This document shows positions 50,419-60,578 of a stretch of DNA of 64,000 bases, piece by piece; the first letter of the stretch is position 1; each line of letters starts with the position of its first letter. A program made the translations under genes and the position numbers. The stretch spans positions 2,376 to 66,375 of the forward strand of contig JBBQVX010000003.1 of the NCBI GenBank assembly GCA_038211115.1. The letters run 5' to 3'. The DNA comes from Elusimicrobiota bacterium (GTDB lineage Bacteria > Elusimicrobiota > Elusimicrobia > UBA1565 > UBA9628). Below the pieces are notes generated by a model. That model did no database searches. It was not told where the DNA came from and worked only from the letters and a program-made list of their open reading frames with translations.

Positions 50419-51471
50419 ATGGATCCCAAGATAGCCAAGCTGGACAACGACTACCGCGAGCTCGAAGGCAAGCTCGCGGCGGGTGGCCTGTCGGCCACGG
50501 AGCTCAAGGAGCTGGCCGTTCGCCACTCCCAGCTGTCTCCGATGATGGCGAAGGTGCGCGAGCTGCTGCGCGTCGAGGGCGAGCTCGAGGATCTGAAGGC
50601 GATGGAGGCCGATCCGGACATGAAGGCCATGGCCGACGAGGAGCGCCCGAAGCTCCAGGAGCGCTGGAACGCGCTGTCGGCCGATATCGCGACCGATCTT
50701 TTGCCGAAGGACCCGAACGACGCGAAGAACTGCTATCTCGAAATTCGCGCCGGAGCCGGCGGCGACGAGGCCGGCCTGTTCTCCGGCGAGCTGCTGCGCG
50801 CGTACATGCGCTACTGCGAGACCAAGGGCTGGAAGGTGGAGACGCACGACCTCTCGACGAACGGCAAGGGCGTTAAGAGCGCCGTGATCTTCGTCGCGGG
50901 CAAGGAGGTCTTCTCCTGGCTCCGGTACGAAGGAGGCGTGCACCGCGTGCAGCGCGTGCCGGCGACCGAGGCCGCGGGACGCATCCACACCTCGACCGTG
51001 ACCGTCGCCGTCATGCCCGAGGTCGAGGAGTCGGCCGAGATCGTGATCCGGCCCGACGAGCTCAAGGTCGACACCTACCGCGCGGGCGGCGCCGGCGGCC
51101 AGAACGTCAACAAAGTGGAGACGGCCGTGCGCATCACGCATCTTCCGACCGGCTTCATCGTCGAGTGCCAGGAGGAGCGCAGCCAGGGCCGCAACCGCGA
51201 GCGCGCGATGAAGCGCCTGTACGCGATGCTCGCCGACGCCGAGCGCATCAAGGCCGCCGCGGAGAACGCGCAGACGCGCAAGTCCCAGGTCGGGACCGGC
51301 GATCGCTCGGAGAAGATCCGCACCTACAATTTCCCGCAGTCGCGCGTGACGGACCACCGGCTCGAGCGCTCGTGGCACAACCTCGCTGCGATCATGGAAG
51401 GCGACATGGGCCCGGTGTTCGAGGCCCTGCGCGACGAGCAGCGCCGGCTCCTGATGGCGGAGGCGAAGTGA
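50419..51471 (+). CDS. prfA: Peptide chain release factor 1
   Basis: 350 aa; PAT tripeptide ([14 protein letters not shown]) and GGQ motif ([18 protein letters not shown]). Confidence 0.95.
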   Translation: MDPKIAKLDNDYRELEGKLAAGGLSATELKELAVRHSQLSPMMAKVRELLRVEGELEDLKAMEADPDMKAMADEERPKLQERWNALSADIATDLLPKDPNDAKNCYLEIRAGAGGDEAGLFSGELLRAYMRYCETKGWKVETHDLSTNGKGVKSAVIFVAGKEVFSWLRYEGGVHRVQRVPATEAAGRIHTSTVTVAVMPEVEESAEIVIRPDELKVDTYRAGGAGGQNVNKVETAVRITHLPTGFIVECQEERSQGRNRERAMKRLYAMLADAERIKAAAENAQTRKSQVGTGDRSEKIRTYNFPQSRVTDHRLERSWHNLAAIMEGDMGPVFEALRDEQRRLLMAEAK

Positions 51472-52325
51472 CCGTCGCGGAGTGCCTGAAGAAGGGCGAG
51501 GCGTACCTGATCGACCGCGGCGTCCCCGAGCCGAAGGCCAACGCCGAGTTCCTGATGTCGGAGATGCTCGGCGTCGGGCGGCTGACGGCCGTCGCGCAGG
51601 GTACGCGCGTGCTGACGGCCAAGGAGACGCACCAGTACCAGGACTGGCTCAAGTGGCGCGGCAAGCGCATTCCGTTGGCCTACATATTGGGACATCAGCC
51701 CTTTCTCGGCATCAAGATCGAGGTCACGCGCGACTCGCTCGTGCCGCGTCCGGAGACCGAGGAGCTCGTGATCGAGTGCGAGCGCCTCGTGAAGGCGTCG
51801 AAGGCCGCCGCGCCGAAGATCCTCGAGATCGGCACCGGGACCGGCTGCATCGCGATCGCGCTGGCGCAGCTGCTGCCGTCGGCGACGGTGTTCGCGACCG
51901 ATTTGTCGAAGCAGGCTCTGGACCTCGCGCAGAAGAACGCGATCGCGCACCACGTCGGCAACCGCATTCGCTTCGTGAGAGAGGACTTGTTTTCCGATAA
52001 GCAGGGCCTGAGAGGCTGGGCCGACCTCATGGTCTCGAACCCGCCCTATATCCCCACGAAGGAGCTCGATCATCTCGAGCCCGAGGTGCTCAAGGAGCCG
52101 CGCATGGCGCTCGACGGCGGCAAGGACGGCCTCGACGCGATCCGGGCCATCACCGCGATGGCGCCCAAGATGTTGAAGGCGGGGGGGATCCTGGCCATGG
52201 AAATCGGCTCGAAGCAGGGCCCGGCCGTCGCCAAGCTCTTCGCCGCCGCCGGACTGAAGGACGTCCAGGTCAAGAAGGACGCCCAAGGCCACGAACGCTT
52301 CGCGATCGGTCTCTTCCCGGCCTGA
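51468..52325 (+). CDS. prmC: Release-factor glutamine N5-methyltransferase
   Basis: GTG 51468 overlaps the prfA stop (GTGA). [16 protein letters not shown] and NPPY. Confidence 0.9.
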   Translation: MTVAECLKKGEAYLIDRGVPEPKANAEFLMSEMLGVGRLTAVAQGTRVLTAKETHQYQDWLKWRGKRIPLAYILGHQPFLGIKIEVTRDSLVPRPETEELVIECERLVKASKAAAPKILEIGTGTGCIAIALAQLLPSATVFATDLSKQALDLAQKNAIAHHVGNRIRFVREDLFSDKQGLRGWADLMVSNPPYIPTKELDHLEPEVLKEPRMALDGGKDGLDAIRAITAMAPKMLKAGGILAMEIGSKQGPAVAKLFAAAGLKDVQVKKDAQGHERFAIGLFPA

Positions 52326-52411
52326 CGGGACGGCGAAAGGTCTCCGCCGCGCCGGGAGTAGTGGAGGCGAGGCGCCCGGGAGTGCTTTAATACCTCCCCG
52401 GCTGGAAAACC

Positions 52412-53665
52412 ATGGATAAACTCGTCATCGAAGGCGGACGCCCTCTGAAGGGGTCGATCAAAGTCAGCGGCGCGAAGAACGCCGCCCTTCCGATCCTGAT
52501 CTCGACTTTGCTCACGGACGAGCCTTGCGTGATCGAGAACGTGCCCACGACCCTGCGCGACCTGCGCACCACGTTCCGCCTGCTCGAGAGCCTCGGCAAG
52601 AGGCTCATCGTGGACGGCTCGACGGTGAAGGTCCTGGCCACGGGCTCGCTGAAGACGCAGGCTCCCTATGAGATCGTCAAGCAGATGCGCGCCTCGGTGC
52701 TGGCCGCCGGACCGCTGCTCGCGCGCTTCGGGCTCGTGCGCGTGCCGATTCCCGGAGGCTGCGCGATCGGCCTGCGGCCGATCGACATCCATCTCAAGGG
52801 CTTCGAGGCGATGGGCGCGCGCCGCATCGCGGACCAGGGCGACATCATCATGTCCGCGCCGAAGCTCAACCCGGTGACGATCAAGCTGCGGTTTCCGAGC
52901 GTGGGCGCCACCCAAAATCTGATGATGGCCGCCGCCGCGACCCCCGGCAAGACGACGATCAAGAACGCGGCGCGCGAGCCGGAGATGGAGGACCTCGGGC
53001 GGTTCCTTCAGGAGCTCGGGGCCGAGGTACGCGGAGCCGGCACGGCGACGGTGACCGTCGTCGGCAAGGCCAAGCTCCACGGGGCGAAGCACAAGGTCAT
53101 CCCCGACCGGATCGAGGCCGGCACCTTCCTGCTCGCTTGCGCCGCGGCGCGAGGCCGCGTGAAGCTCATCGGCGCGGAGGCGTCGCACCTGGGCGCGGTG
53201 CTTTCGGCGCTCAAGAAGGCCGGAGCGAAGATCAAGACGGGCCGGGGCTGGATCGAGATCGCGATGGAGCGCCGACCCAAGGCGGTGTCGGTCGTCACGA
53301 AGCCTCATCCCGGCTTTCCGACCGATCTGCAGGCGCCGTGGATGTCGCTGATGACCTTGTGCACCGGCTTCGCGAAGGTGACCGAGACGGTGTTCGAGAA
53401 CCGGTTTCTGCATGCGGCCGAGCTCGGCCGCATGGGCGCGCAGATCGCCGTCTCGGGCCGCACCGCCGTCATCGCGGGCCAGGAGCGCCTATCGGGAGCG
53501 CCGATCATGGCGTCCGATATCCGCGCCGGCGCGGCTTTGCTCGTCGCGGGCCTCGCGGCGAAGGGCAAGACGTCGATCTCGCGCGTCTATCACATCGACC
53601 GCGGCTACGAGCAAGTCGAGCGCAAGCTGTCCGGAGCGGGCGCGCGCCTCGAGCGGCAGAAATGA
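52412..53665 (+). CDS. murA: UDP-N-acetylglucosamine 1-carboxyvinyltransferase
   Basis: 417 aa; KVSGAKNAALPIL and PGGCAIGLRPID (active-site Cys). Confidence 0.95.
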   Translation: MDKLVIEGGRPLKGSIKVSGAKNAALPILISTLLTDEPCVIENVPTTLRDLRTTFRLLESLGKRLIVDGSTVKVLATGSLKTQAPYEIVKQMRASVLAAGPLLARFGLVRVPIPGGCAIGLRPIDIHLKGFEAMGARRIADQGDIIMSAPKLNPVTIKLRFPSVGATQNLMMAAAATPGKTTIKNAAREPEMEDLGRFLQELGAEVRGAGTATVTVVGKAKLHGAKHKVIPDRIEAGTFLLACAAARGRVKLIGAEASHLGAVLSALKKAGAKIKTGRGWIEIAMERRPKAVSVVTKPHPGFPTDLQAPWMSLMTLCTGFAKVTETVFENRFLHAAELGRMGAQIAVSGRTAVIAGQERLSGAPIMASDIRAGAALLVAGLAAKGKTSISRVYHIDRGYEQVERKLSGAGARLERQK

Positions 53666-54903
53666 TCTTCGCGGAGGCGCTCGCGGTCTTAGACGAGCGC
53701 CAGGAGACGAAGATCGTGCTGGGCCTCGGCCGCATGCGGGCGCACCTGGCCGAGCTCGGCGATCCGCATCTGGCCGTACCCGCCCTGCATGTCGCGGGCA
53801 CGAACGGCAAGGGCTCGACCTGCGCCATTCTCTCTGCGGTGCTGAGCGCGGCCGGTTACAGCACGGGGCTGTTCATCTCGCCGCATCTGCTGTCCGTGCG
53901 CGAGCGGATCTCCGTCGACGGGCGGGACATCTCGGAGGCGGAGTTCTCGCGGCACATGGCGCGCGCCCTCGCGGTCGACAAGAAGAAGAGCCTGACCTAT
54001 TTCGAGCTGCTGACCTCGATCGCGTTCCAGCATTTCGCCGAGCGCAAGTGCGCGGTCACGGTCCTCGAGACCGGCCTCGGCGGCCGCCTCGACGCGACGA
54101 ACGTGGTGCCGTCCCCGCTCGCCGCGGTCGTGACCTCGATCGACTACGACCACCAGGCGTTCCTGGGGAACACGCTCGCGTCGATCGCGCGCGAGAAGAC
54201 CGGCATCTTCAAGGCGGGCAGGCCCGCCGTACGCCCGGACCTGCCGGTCCTACGCCGCGCGGCGCTGCGCGGCAGCCCGGTCGTCGTCGCGAAGCCGTGG
54301 AAGCTCATGCGGACGGACTGGGTCCGCGGCACTCAGACGCTGCGCGCGCCGTGGGGCAAGTCTTATTCGCTGTCCTTGCTCGGCTCGCGCCAGGGGTGGA
54401 ACGCGGCGCTGGCGCAGGCCGCTCTCGACGCATCCGGCCTGATCGTGCCGCACGATGCATGGAAGCGCGGCCTCGCGAAGGTCGCCTGGCGCGGGCGCTT
54501 CGAAGCGATCAAGCTCGGAAGCAAGACGCTCATCGTCGACGGCGCTCACAATCCCGAGGCGGCGCGCGCGCTCGCCGAGACGTGGAAGGCGTCCCCGTTG
54601 TCGAGGAAGCCGGCTCTCTGGATTCTCGGGGTCATGAAGGACAAGGACGTGAAGGGCCTACTGGCGCCTTTGGCGCCGTTTCTGAAGGACGCGATCGTGG
54701 TGCGCCCGCCCAGCCCGCGCGCGCTCGAGCCGTTCGAATTTTCCGTCCACATCCGCGCCGCCGCGCCGAAAGCGCGCATCACGATCGAGCGCGATCCCGC
54801 GACCGCGATCGCGGCGTGGAGAAAGGACGCGAAAGCGCCGAGGGTCGCCGTGTGCGCGGGCTCCCTGTACCTCGCGGGCGCGGCGCTGAAGGCGGTCGCA
54901 TGA
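53662..54903 (+). CDS. folC: Folylpolyglutamate synthase/dihydrofolate synthase family (Mur ligase fold)
   Basis: ATG 53662 (ATGA overlap) within track ORF 53137..54903. HVAGTNGKGST P-loop; DGAHNPEAA. Confidence 0.88.
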   Translation: MIFAEALAVLDERQETKIVLGLGRMRAHLAELGDPHLAVPALHVAGTNGKGSTCAILSAVLSAAGYSTGLFISPHLLSVRERISVDGRDISEAEFSRHMARALAVDKKKSLTYFELLTSIAFQHFAERKCAVTVLETGLGGRLDATNVVPSPLAAVVTSIDYDHQAFLGNTLASIAREKTGIFKAGRPAVRPDLPVLRRAALRGSPVVVAKPWKLMRTDWVRGTQTLRAPWGKSYSLSLLGSRQGWNAALAQAALDASGLIVPHDAWKRGLAKVAWRGRFEAIKLGSKTLIVDGAHNPEAARALAETWKASPLSRKPALWILGVMKDKDVKGLLAPLAPFLKDAIVVRPPSPRALEPFEFSVHIRAAAPKARITIERDPATAIAAWRKDAKAPRVAVCAGSLYLAGAALKAVA

Positions 54904-55799
54904 AGACGCTCGCGGTCGGGATCGACGTCGGCGGCACCTACACGAAGATGGGCCTCGTCGATCCGAACGGCGAGGTCGTCCGCTCCGACCAGTTCCCGAC
55001 CGAGCCGTCGAAGGGCCCCGCGAATTTCGTGCGCCGCGTGACCGCGATTTTGAAGGACTGGCGGTTCGGCTCGGTCGGGCTGGGCCTCGCGGGGGGCGTG
55101 GATTCGGAGAGCGGCACGTTGCTCTTCGTCCCCAATTTGAAGGGCTGGACGGGATTCTCGTTCAAGAAGGCCTTCTCGAAGTCGCTCGGCGTCGACGTCG
55201 TGGTCGACAACGACGCGAACGTCGCCGTCTGGGGCGGCTATGTCGTCGCGCTGAAGAAGAAGCCCCGCACGGTCGTCGGCGTCACGCTCGGCACCGGCGT
55301 CGGCGGCGGCCTCGTCATCGACGGCCGCCTGCACCGCGGCGCCACGGGCTCGGCGGGCGAGATTGGTCATCTGACGCTCGAACTCGACGGGCCCAAGTGC
55401 GGCTGCGGGCGGCGCGGCTGCCTCGAGGCGTACGCGGGCACGTACGGCATCCAGCGCTTGGCCAAGGAATTCATGCGCCGTCCGCCCGCCCCCCTGACGC
55501 CGAAGGCCGTCGCCGACGCGGCTCTCGCCGGGGACGCCGGAGCGGGCAAGGTCTGGAACGTCGTCGGCACGCGCCTCGGCCAGGGCCTCGCGAGCCTCGT
55601 GCTCGTGCTCAATCCCGACGCGATCCTGCTGCTCGGCGGCGTGGCGCGCGCGGGCGGGCTCGTGCTCGATCCGTTGAAGCGCGTGTTCGCGGCGCAGCCG
55701 TTCCGCGAGCCCTTCCGGAAGGTCGTGATCTCCGCCCCGCTCGACCGCGACTGGGGCGTCGTGGGCGCAGCACTTCTGTCCCGGGAGCGGTGCGGTTGA
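54900..55799 (+). CDS. ROK family sugar kinase (glucokinase-like)
   Basis: ATG 54900 overlaps the folC stop. GIDVGGTYTK, DNDANVA, GEIGH, CGCGRRGCLEAY zinc motif. Confidence 0.88.
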   Translation: MKTLAVGIDVGGTYTKMGLVDPNGEVVRSDQFPTEPSKGPANFVRRVTAILKDWRFGSVGLGLAGGVDSESGTLLFVPNLKGWTGFSFKKAFSKSLGVDVVVDNDANVAVWGGYVVALKKKPRTVVGVTLGTGVGGGLVIDGRLHRGATGSAGEIGHLTLELDGPKCGCGRRGCLEAYAGTYGIQRLAKEFMRRPPAPLTPKAVADAALAGDAGAGKVWNVVGTRLGQGLASLVLVLNPDAILLLGGVARAGGLVLDPLKRVFAAQPFREPFRKVVISAPLDRDWGVVGAALLSRERCG

Positions 55800-57874
55800 T
55801 CCGAGCCGCTCTGCTCGTGCTGTCGCTCGCCGGCGGCGCCGCGCGAGCCGAGGACTACGCCCTGCCCGCGCCGCCCCCGGGCCCGCGGCTCGACTATTCC
55901 GCCGACGAGGTCGAGTTCGACTCCGACCGCCAGCTGCTGCACCTGCAGGGCCAGGTGATCCTCAACGAGTCGACGTGGACCGTGAAGGGCAAGGAGCTGT
56001 GGATCGACACCGAGCACCGGCGCGGCCGCTCCCAGGGGCCGCTCCTCGTCGAGGACGGCATTTCCGCCGTGTACGGCGAATCCGGCGAGTTCGACTTCGC
56101 GAAGCACACGGGGCGGCTGCAGCGCACGAGCGCGGGCCACGCGGACTGGCGCATCCATGCGAAGGAGGCGAAGGTCGGCGAGAACCGGCGCCTCGACTAC
56201 ATCGGCGGCGAGTTCACGAGCTGCGGCGCGAAGCCTCCGCACTACCACTTCCGTGCCTCGAGCATCACGGTCAAGCCGAAGCAGAGCATGGTCGCGCGCA
56301 ACGTGCTGTTCTATCTCGGCGACGTGCCGGTGTTCTACCTGCCGTTCCTGTATAAGACGCTGTCGCCGCGGCATTACCTACGCTGGAAGACCCAGCCCGG
56401 CTTCGACCGCCGCAACGGCCCGTTCATGAAGAACACGCTGACGACCGATCACGGCGATAAGGTCTACAGCAAGCTGTACGCCGACTATTACCAGAAGCAG
56501 GGCACCGGCTTCGGCGGCGAGCTGCACCGCCGCGACGGTGAGGATTCCCGCGGCGCGCTGTTCGGCTACATGATCAAGGAAACGTCGACCGGAGACCGCC
56601 GGTGGGCGATTCTCGGCCAGCAGTACCAGGCGCTCTTCTCCTCGACGTCGTTCCAGGGACGGCTGCAGCTCCAGTCCGACGCGGACTTCAACAACAACTA
56701 CGCGCGGTCGAACTCCCTGCGCGTCACCTCTGAGCTCGTCAACGGCGGCGCGTTCACGCATCGCTTCTCCCAGGCGACCGCGCGCCTCTCGTACTCGCGC
56801 CTCGACACGGCGGCCTTGAACCGCCGGCAGTACCTGAAGTCGACGGAGAGCTACCCGCGCCTCGACATCATCAGCCAGCCCCTGCGTTTTGGCAAGCTGC
56901 CTTGGCTCAACACGCTGAACGGGTTCGCGGACAACACCTTCCTGGCCGGCCGCCCGTTCATCGAGAAGACGGTCGGCGGCGGCTGGGAGGGGACGCGCAC
57001 GTTCGCCGTCGTGCACGGCGTGAGCCTGACGCCGAAGCTCGGCTACCAGGAGACGTACTACAACCGCTTCGACGAGGCCGTCGTCGGCTCGACGGCTACG
57101 GTCCTCGACGCGGTGATCGGACGGCCCGCCGCGGCGGGCACCCTGCGCTTCGACACCCCGGTCGGCGGCGTCGACGTGACGCAGTCCTATCGCGAGCGCC
57201 TGCAGTCCGGCCGCTTCGTGCAGGACCGCGACGCGCTCGACAAGGGCGTCGAGGAGAACCTCCTCACGCTGAGCGACGTCCTCATTCCGGCGCCGCGCAT
57301 GTACGCGCGGCTCTCGTCCGGCTACGACTTCCGCACTTTCCGCGACCGCACGGTCGGCTTCCGCCAGCGCGTCCAGCCGATCACCGCCGACGCGAGCTGG
57401 GCGCCAACTACGAAGCTTAACCTCACCGTGCGCGACGAATACGCGCTCGACGACGGAAACCGTGCGGCGATCCTGGACGCCCGCTGGGGCGACGACGAGA
57501 GCGCGGCGCTGGGCGGAGGCTTCGCCTGGAACGCGGCCGACTCGCGCAAGTACGTCGCGAGCTTCGATTTCGCGGTCGTCCCGTCGAGCCCGACCTGGCG
57601 CCTCGCGTTCGGCATCCGGGCGCAGGCGGAGAGCGCGCGCGGCGTCGGCGGCCTGCACGGCTGGCGCGTGTTCGAGAAGGAGTTCTCGTGGACGAAGCGC
57701 TGGCACGACTTCTACACGAAGGTCGCGGGGCGCTTCCGGCCGGGCGGCGTCGGCGAGGCCTCGGTCCGCGTCGACTTCAAGTTCGGCACCTTCGATCCGA
57801 AGGACGCGCCTCACCGCGACTGGGAGACCGAGCTGTTCCCCGAGCGGGCCACGCAGGACGACCTGCGGCCCTGA
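55790..57874 (+). CDS. lptD: LPS-assembly outer-membrane protein LptD-like (OstA N-terminal + beta-barrel)
   Basis: Start is GTG 55790 or TTG 55796. Signal peptide LIRAALLVLSLAGGAARA; ..GGEFTSCGAKPPHYHFRASSITVKP...VLFYLGDVPVFYLPFLY matches the LptD pattern. Confidence 0.75.
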   Translation: MRLIRAALLVLSLAGGAARAEDYALPAPPPGPRLDYSADEVEFDSDRQLLHLQGQVILNESTWTVKGKELWIDTEHRRGRSQGPLLVEDGISAVYGESGEFDFAKHTGRLQRTSAGHADWRIHAKEAKVGENRRLDYIGGEFTSCGAKPPHYHFRASSITVKPKQSMVARNVLFYLGDVPVFYLPFLYKTLSPRHYLRWKTQPGFDRRNGPFMKNTLTTDHGDKVYSKLYADYYQKQGTGFGGELHRRDGEDSRGALFGYMIKETSTGDRRWAILGQQYQALFSSTSFQGRLQLQSDADFNNNYARSNSLRVTSELVNGGAFTHRFSQATARLSYSRLDTAALNRRQYLKSTESYPRLDIISQPLRFGKLPWLNTLNGFADNTFLAGRPFIEKTVGGGWEGTRTFAVVHGVSLTPKLGYQETYYNRFDEAVVGSTATVLDAVIGRPAAAGTLRFDTPVGGVDVTQSYRERLQSGRFVQDRDALDKGVEENLLTLSDVLIPAPRMYARLSSGYDFRTFRDRTVGFRQRVQPITADASWAPTTKLNLTVRDEYALDDGNRAAILDARWGDDESAALGGGFAWNAADSRKYVASFDFAVVPSSPTWRLAFGIRAQAESARGVGGLHGWRVFEKEFSWTKRWHDFYTKVAGRFRPGGVGEASVRVDFKFGTFDPKDAPHRDWETELFPERATQDDLRP

Positions 57875-58245
57875 TGGACGGGGCGATCGTCGTGTTCGGC
57901 CCCGAGGCGCTGCGGACTTTGGAGGATTTGAGGTCCCAGGGTCTCCTCGAGGGCCGACGCGCGGTCTGCGCCGTCCGCGCGGGGGACTTGGCTCTCGGCG
58001 ACGGCTTGATGCTGTGGGCCATGCTCCTGTTCGACCACCCGGCGCGCGGCGCGGCGTTTTGGGAGGGGCTCGTCTTCGCCGTCCCGCCGGAGCCCGCTCC
58101 CGTCGTCGCCGTGACCGAGGTCGTGAGCACGGGCGGAGCGCTGCTCTCCCTCGAGTGGCTGCCGCCGGAGAAGGGCCCATGGACCGGCGTCCGGGCCGCT
58201 CAGGTCAAGCGCGCGGCGCTCGCGATCGAGGCCGCGTTCGCCTGA
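57874..58245 (+). CDS. Hypothetical protein (123 aa)
   Basis: ATG 57874 overlaps the lptD stop (TGATG). In frame with track ORF 57688..58245. No family recognised. Confidence 0.45.
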   Translation: MDGAIVVFGPEALRTLEDLRSQGLLEGRRAVCAVRAGDLALGDGLMLWAMLLFDHPARGAAFWEGLVFAVPPEPAPVVAVTEVVSTGGALLSLEWLPPEKGPWTGVRAAQVKRAALAIEAAFA

Positions 58246-58252
58246 AAACGGA

Positions 58253-58281
58253 GGAGCTCCCCGCCGAGCACGGGGAGCTCC
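58253..58281 (+). terminator. Hairpin after the lptD operon (weak terminator, no T-run)
   Basis: 10-bp stem GGAGCTCCCC / GGGGAGCTCC with a 9-nt loop. Confidence 0.4.
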
Positions 58282-58416
58282 AGTTAACGCGCCGGTCCGA
58301 CTTCCCGTCCTCAGTCGATATCGCGTCCTCCTGTTCCGTCTACAACAGGTTAGCAGGCGTCCGGCCTACGGACAACCAAACAACCGCCAAACTTCGAAAT
58401 GCTAAGATCGCTTCCG

Positions 58417-59406
58417 ATGGCTAAAACGGTTCTCGTCACCGGCGGGCTCGGCTTCATCGGCTCGAACTTCATCCGCCACCTGCTCAAGGCGCGCCCGGGC
58501 TGGCGCGTCGTCAACCTCGACAAGCAGACCTACGCGGGCAACCCCGCCAATCTCCAGGGCTTGAAGGTCCGGACGATCAAGAAGGACATCTGCGACGCGA
58601 AGGCCGTCGACGCCGCGATGCGGGGCGCGGACTACGTCGTCCACTTCGCCGCCGAAACGCACGTCGACCGCTCGATCCTCGACGCAGGCGCGTTTCTGAA
58701 GACCAACGTCATCGGCACGCAGGTGCTGCTCGACGCGGCGCTGCGGCACAAGGCCGCGCGTTTCCTGCACGTCTCGACCGACGAGGTGTACGGCTCGATT
58801 CCGAGGGGCTTCTCCAAAGAGGGCGACCATCTGGAGCCGAACAGCCCCTACGCCGCGTCGAAGGCCGCCTCGGACCTCCTGGTCCGCTCCTATTTCGTCA
58901 CCCACAAAGCACCCGTGCTCACGACTCGCGCCTCGAACAACTACGGCCCGTTCCAGTACCCCGAGAAGGCGTTGCCGCTCATGATCACCAACTTCATGGA
59001 GGACAAGCCCTTCCCGCAGTACGGCGACGGCAAGCAGGTCCGCGACTGGCTTCACGTGCGCGACCACGCCCGCGCGATTCTGACGGTGCTCGAAAAGGGG
59101 ACGCTCGGCGAGGTCTATAACATCGGCGGGTCCTATACCTGTCAGAACCGGGAGCTCATTCGAAAAGTGCTCGGCTTGATGAAGAAGCCGAGTAATCTGG
59201 TGACTCGGGTCGAAGACCGTAAAGGTCACGACCGACGCTACGCGCTCGACTGCTCGAAGCTCCTTCGCCTCGGGTTCAAGCACGAATACGATTTCGAGCG
59301 CGGCCTCGCGCAGACGATCGCCTGGTACATGAACCACGAGGCCTGGTGGCGGCCGCTGAAGGTCGCCGGCGGCTACCGGTCTTATCTCCAGAAGGCGTAC
59401 AAATGA
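58417..59406 (+). CDS. rfbB: dTDP-glucose 4,6-dehydratase
   Basis: VLVTGGLGFIGSNF, STDEVYG, YAASKAASD. Start ATG 58417 is preferred (TAAGAT at 58403-58408 lies 8 nt upstream); the track start 58399 is possible. Confidence 0.92.
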   Translation: MAKTVLVTGGLGFIGSNFIRHLLKARPGWRVVNLDKQTYAGNPANLQGLKVRTIKKDICDAKAVDAAMRGADYVVHFAAETHVDRSILDAGAFLKTNVIGTQVLLDAALRHKAARFLHVSTDEVYGSIPRGFSKEGDHLEPNSPYAASKAASDLLVRSYFVTHKAPVLTTRASNNYGPFQYPEKALPLMITNFMEDKPFPQYGDGKQVRDWLHVRDHARAILTVLEKGTLGEVYNIGGSYTCQNRELIRKVLGLMKKPSNLVTRVEDRKGHDRRYALDCSKLLRLGFKHEYDFERGLAQTIAWYMNHEAWWRPLKVAGGYRSYLQKAYK

Positions 59407-59999
59407 GCAAGAAAACCGCCGCGCGCAACGGCCACCGCCCCGCCGCTCCGATGTCGTGGAGCCACGGCGGCTGGATGGAGATCGTCGTCGGTTCGATGTT
59501 CTCCGGCAAGACCCAGGAGCTGATCCGCCGCCTGCGCCTGGCCCAGATCGCCCGCCAGAAGGTTCAGGTGTTCAACTCGGCGCTCGACGTGCGCTACGCG
59601 AAGGACCACATCGTCTCCCACGACCTGGTCAAGACGCCCTCGATCGCCGTCGCGAAGGCCAAGGACATCCTGAAGAAGATCGGCTCGGACACGCAGGTCG
59701 TCGGCATCGACGAGGTCCAGTTCTTCGACGGCGACATCGTCGCCGTCTGCGAGCAGCTCGCCGGCGAGGGGCGCCGCGTCATCGTCGCGGGCCTCGACCA
59801 GGATTTCCGCGGCGAGCCGTTCGAGACGACCGCGCGCCTGATGGCTTTGTCCGAATTCGTCACCAAGAACCTCGCGATCTGCATGCTGTGCGGCAATCCC
59901 GCGAACCGTTCCCAGCGCCTGTCCGGCGGCAAGAAGGTCGTCGAAGTCGGAGCGTCGGACAAATACGAAGCCCGCTGCCGTCGCTGCTTTAAACGCTGA
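59403..59999 (+). CDS. tdk: Thymidine kinase
   Basis: ATG 59403 overlaps the rfbB stop (ATGA). GSMFSGKT P-loop, IDEVQFF, CMLCG...CRRC zinc site. Confidence 0.9.
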   Translation: MSKKTAARNGHRPAAPMSWSHGGWMEIVVGSMFSGKTQELIRRLRLAQIARQKVQVFNSALDVRYAKDHIVSHDLVKTPSIAVAKAKDILKKIGSDTQVVGIDEVQFFDGDIVAVCEQLAGEGRRVIVAGLDQDFRGEPFETTARLMALSEFVTKNLAICMLCGNPANRSQRLSGGKKVVEVGASDKYEARCRRCFKR

Positions 60000-60016
60000 T
60001 CTCAGGAGACAACATC

Positions 60017-60517
60017 ATGGCCGATCGCCCTTATAAGACCGACAATCCCGTCGTCGTCATCGAATCCACGCTCGGCAAGATCGCCGTCGAGCTGTTCCCC
60101 AAGGAAGCTCCGGATACGGTGGCCAACTTCGTGAAGCTCGTCGAAAAAGGCTACTACGACGGCGTGCTGTTTCACCGCGTGATCCCCGGCTTCATGGTGC
60201 AGACCGGCGATCCGACCGGTACCGGCCGCGGCGGACCCGGCTGGACGATCCTCGACGAGTTCCACCCCAAGCTCAAGCATTCGAAGGCCGGCATCCTGTC
60301 GATGGCCAACGCCGGCCCGGACACCGGCGGTTCCCAGTTCTTCATAACGCTGGGCGCCACGCCCCACCTCGACAACCGCCATGCGATCTTCGGTCAGGTC
60401 ATCGAGGGGCAGGAGAACGTCGTCAAGATCGGCTCTTCCCCGCGCGACGGCGGGGACCGCCCGAAGACGCCGGTCAAGATGGAGAACGTCAAGCTCGTCC
60501 AGCCGCTGAAGAAATAG
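60017..60517 (+). CDS. ppiB: Cyclophilin-type peptidyl-prolyl cis-trans isomerase
   Basis: FHRVIPGFMVQTGDP, SMANAGPDTGGSQFFI. SD AGGAGA upstream. Confidence 0.93.
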   Translation: MADRPYKTDNPVVVIESTLGKIAVELFPKEAPDTVANFVKLVEKGYYDGVLFHRVIPGFMVQTGDPTGTGRGGPGWTILDEFHPKLKHSKAGILSMANAGPDTGGSQFFITLGATPHLDNRHAIFGQVIEGQENVVKIGSSPRDGGDRPKTPVKMENVKLVQPLKK

Positions 60518-60539
60518 GCCGCGCGTGACCGTTTGAGTC

Positions 60540-60568
60540 TGGACAAGTCCGCGCGTCCCGTCTATACT
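60540..60568 (+). promoter_or_regulatory. Sigma70-like promoter (-35 TGGACA, 17 bp, -10 TATACT)
   Basis: TGGACA at 60540-60545 and TATACT at 60563-60568; ATG 60579 is 10 nt downstream. Confidence 0.45.
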
Positions 60569-60578
60569 TGCACGTCAC

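Noticed and set aside
50419-51471. Programmed +1 frameshift, as in prfB.
   Set aside because: The protein has the RF1-type PAT motif and a single uninterrupted frame. It is prfA, which has no frameshift site.
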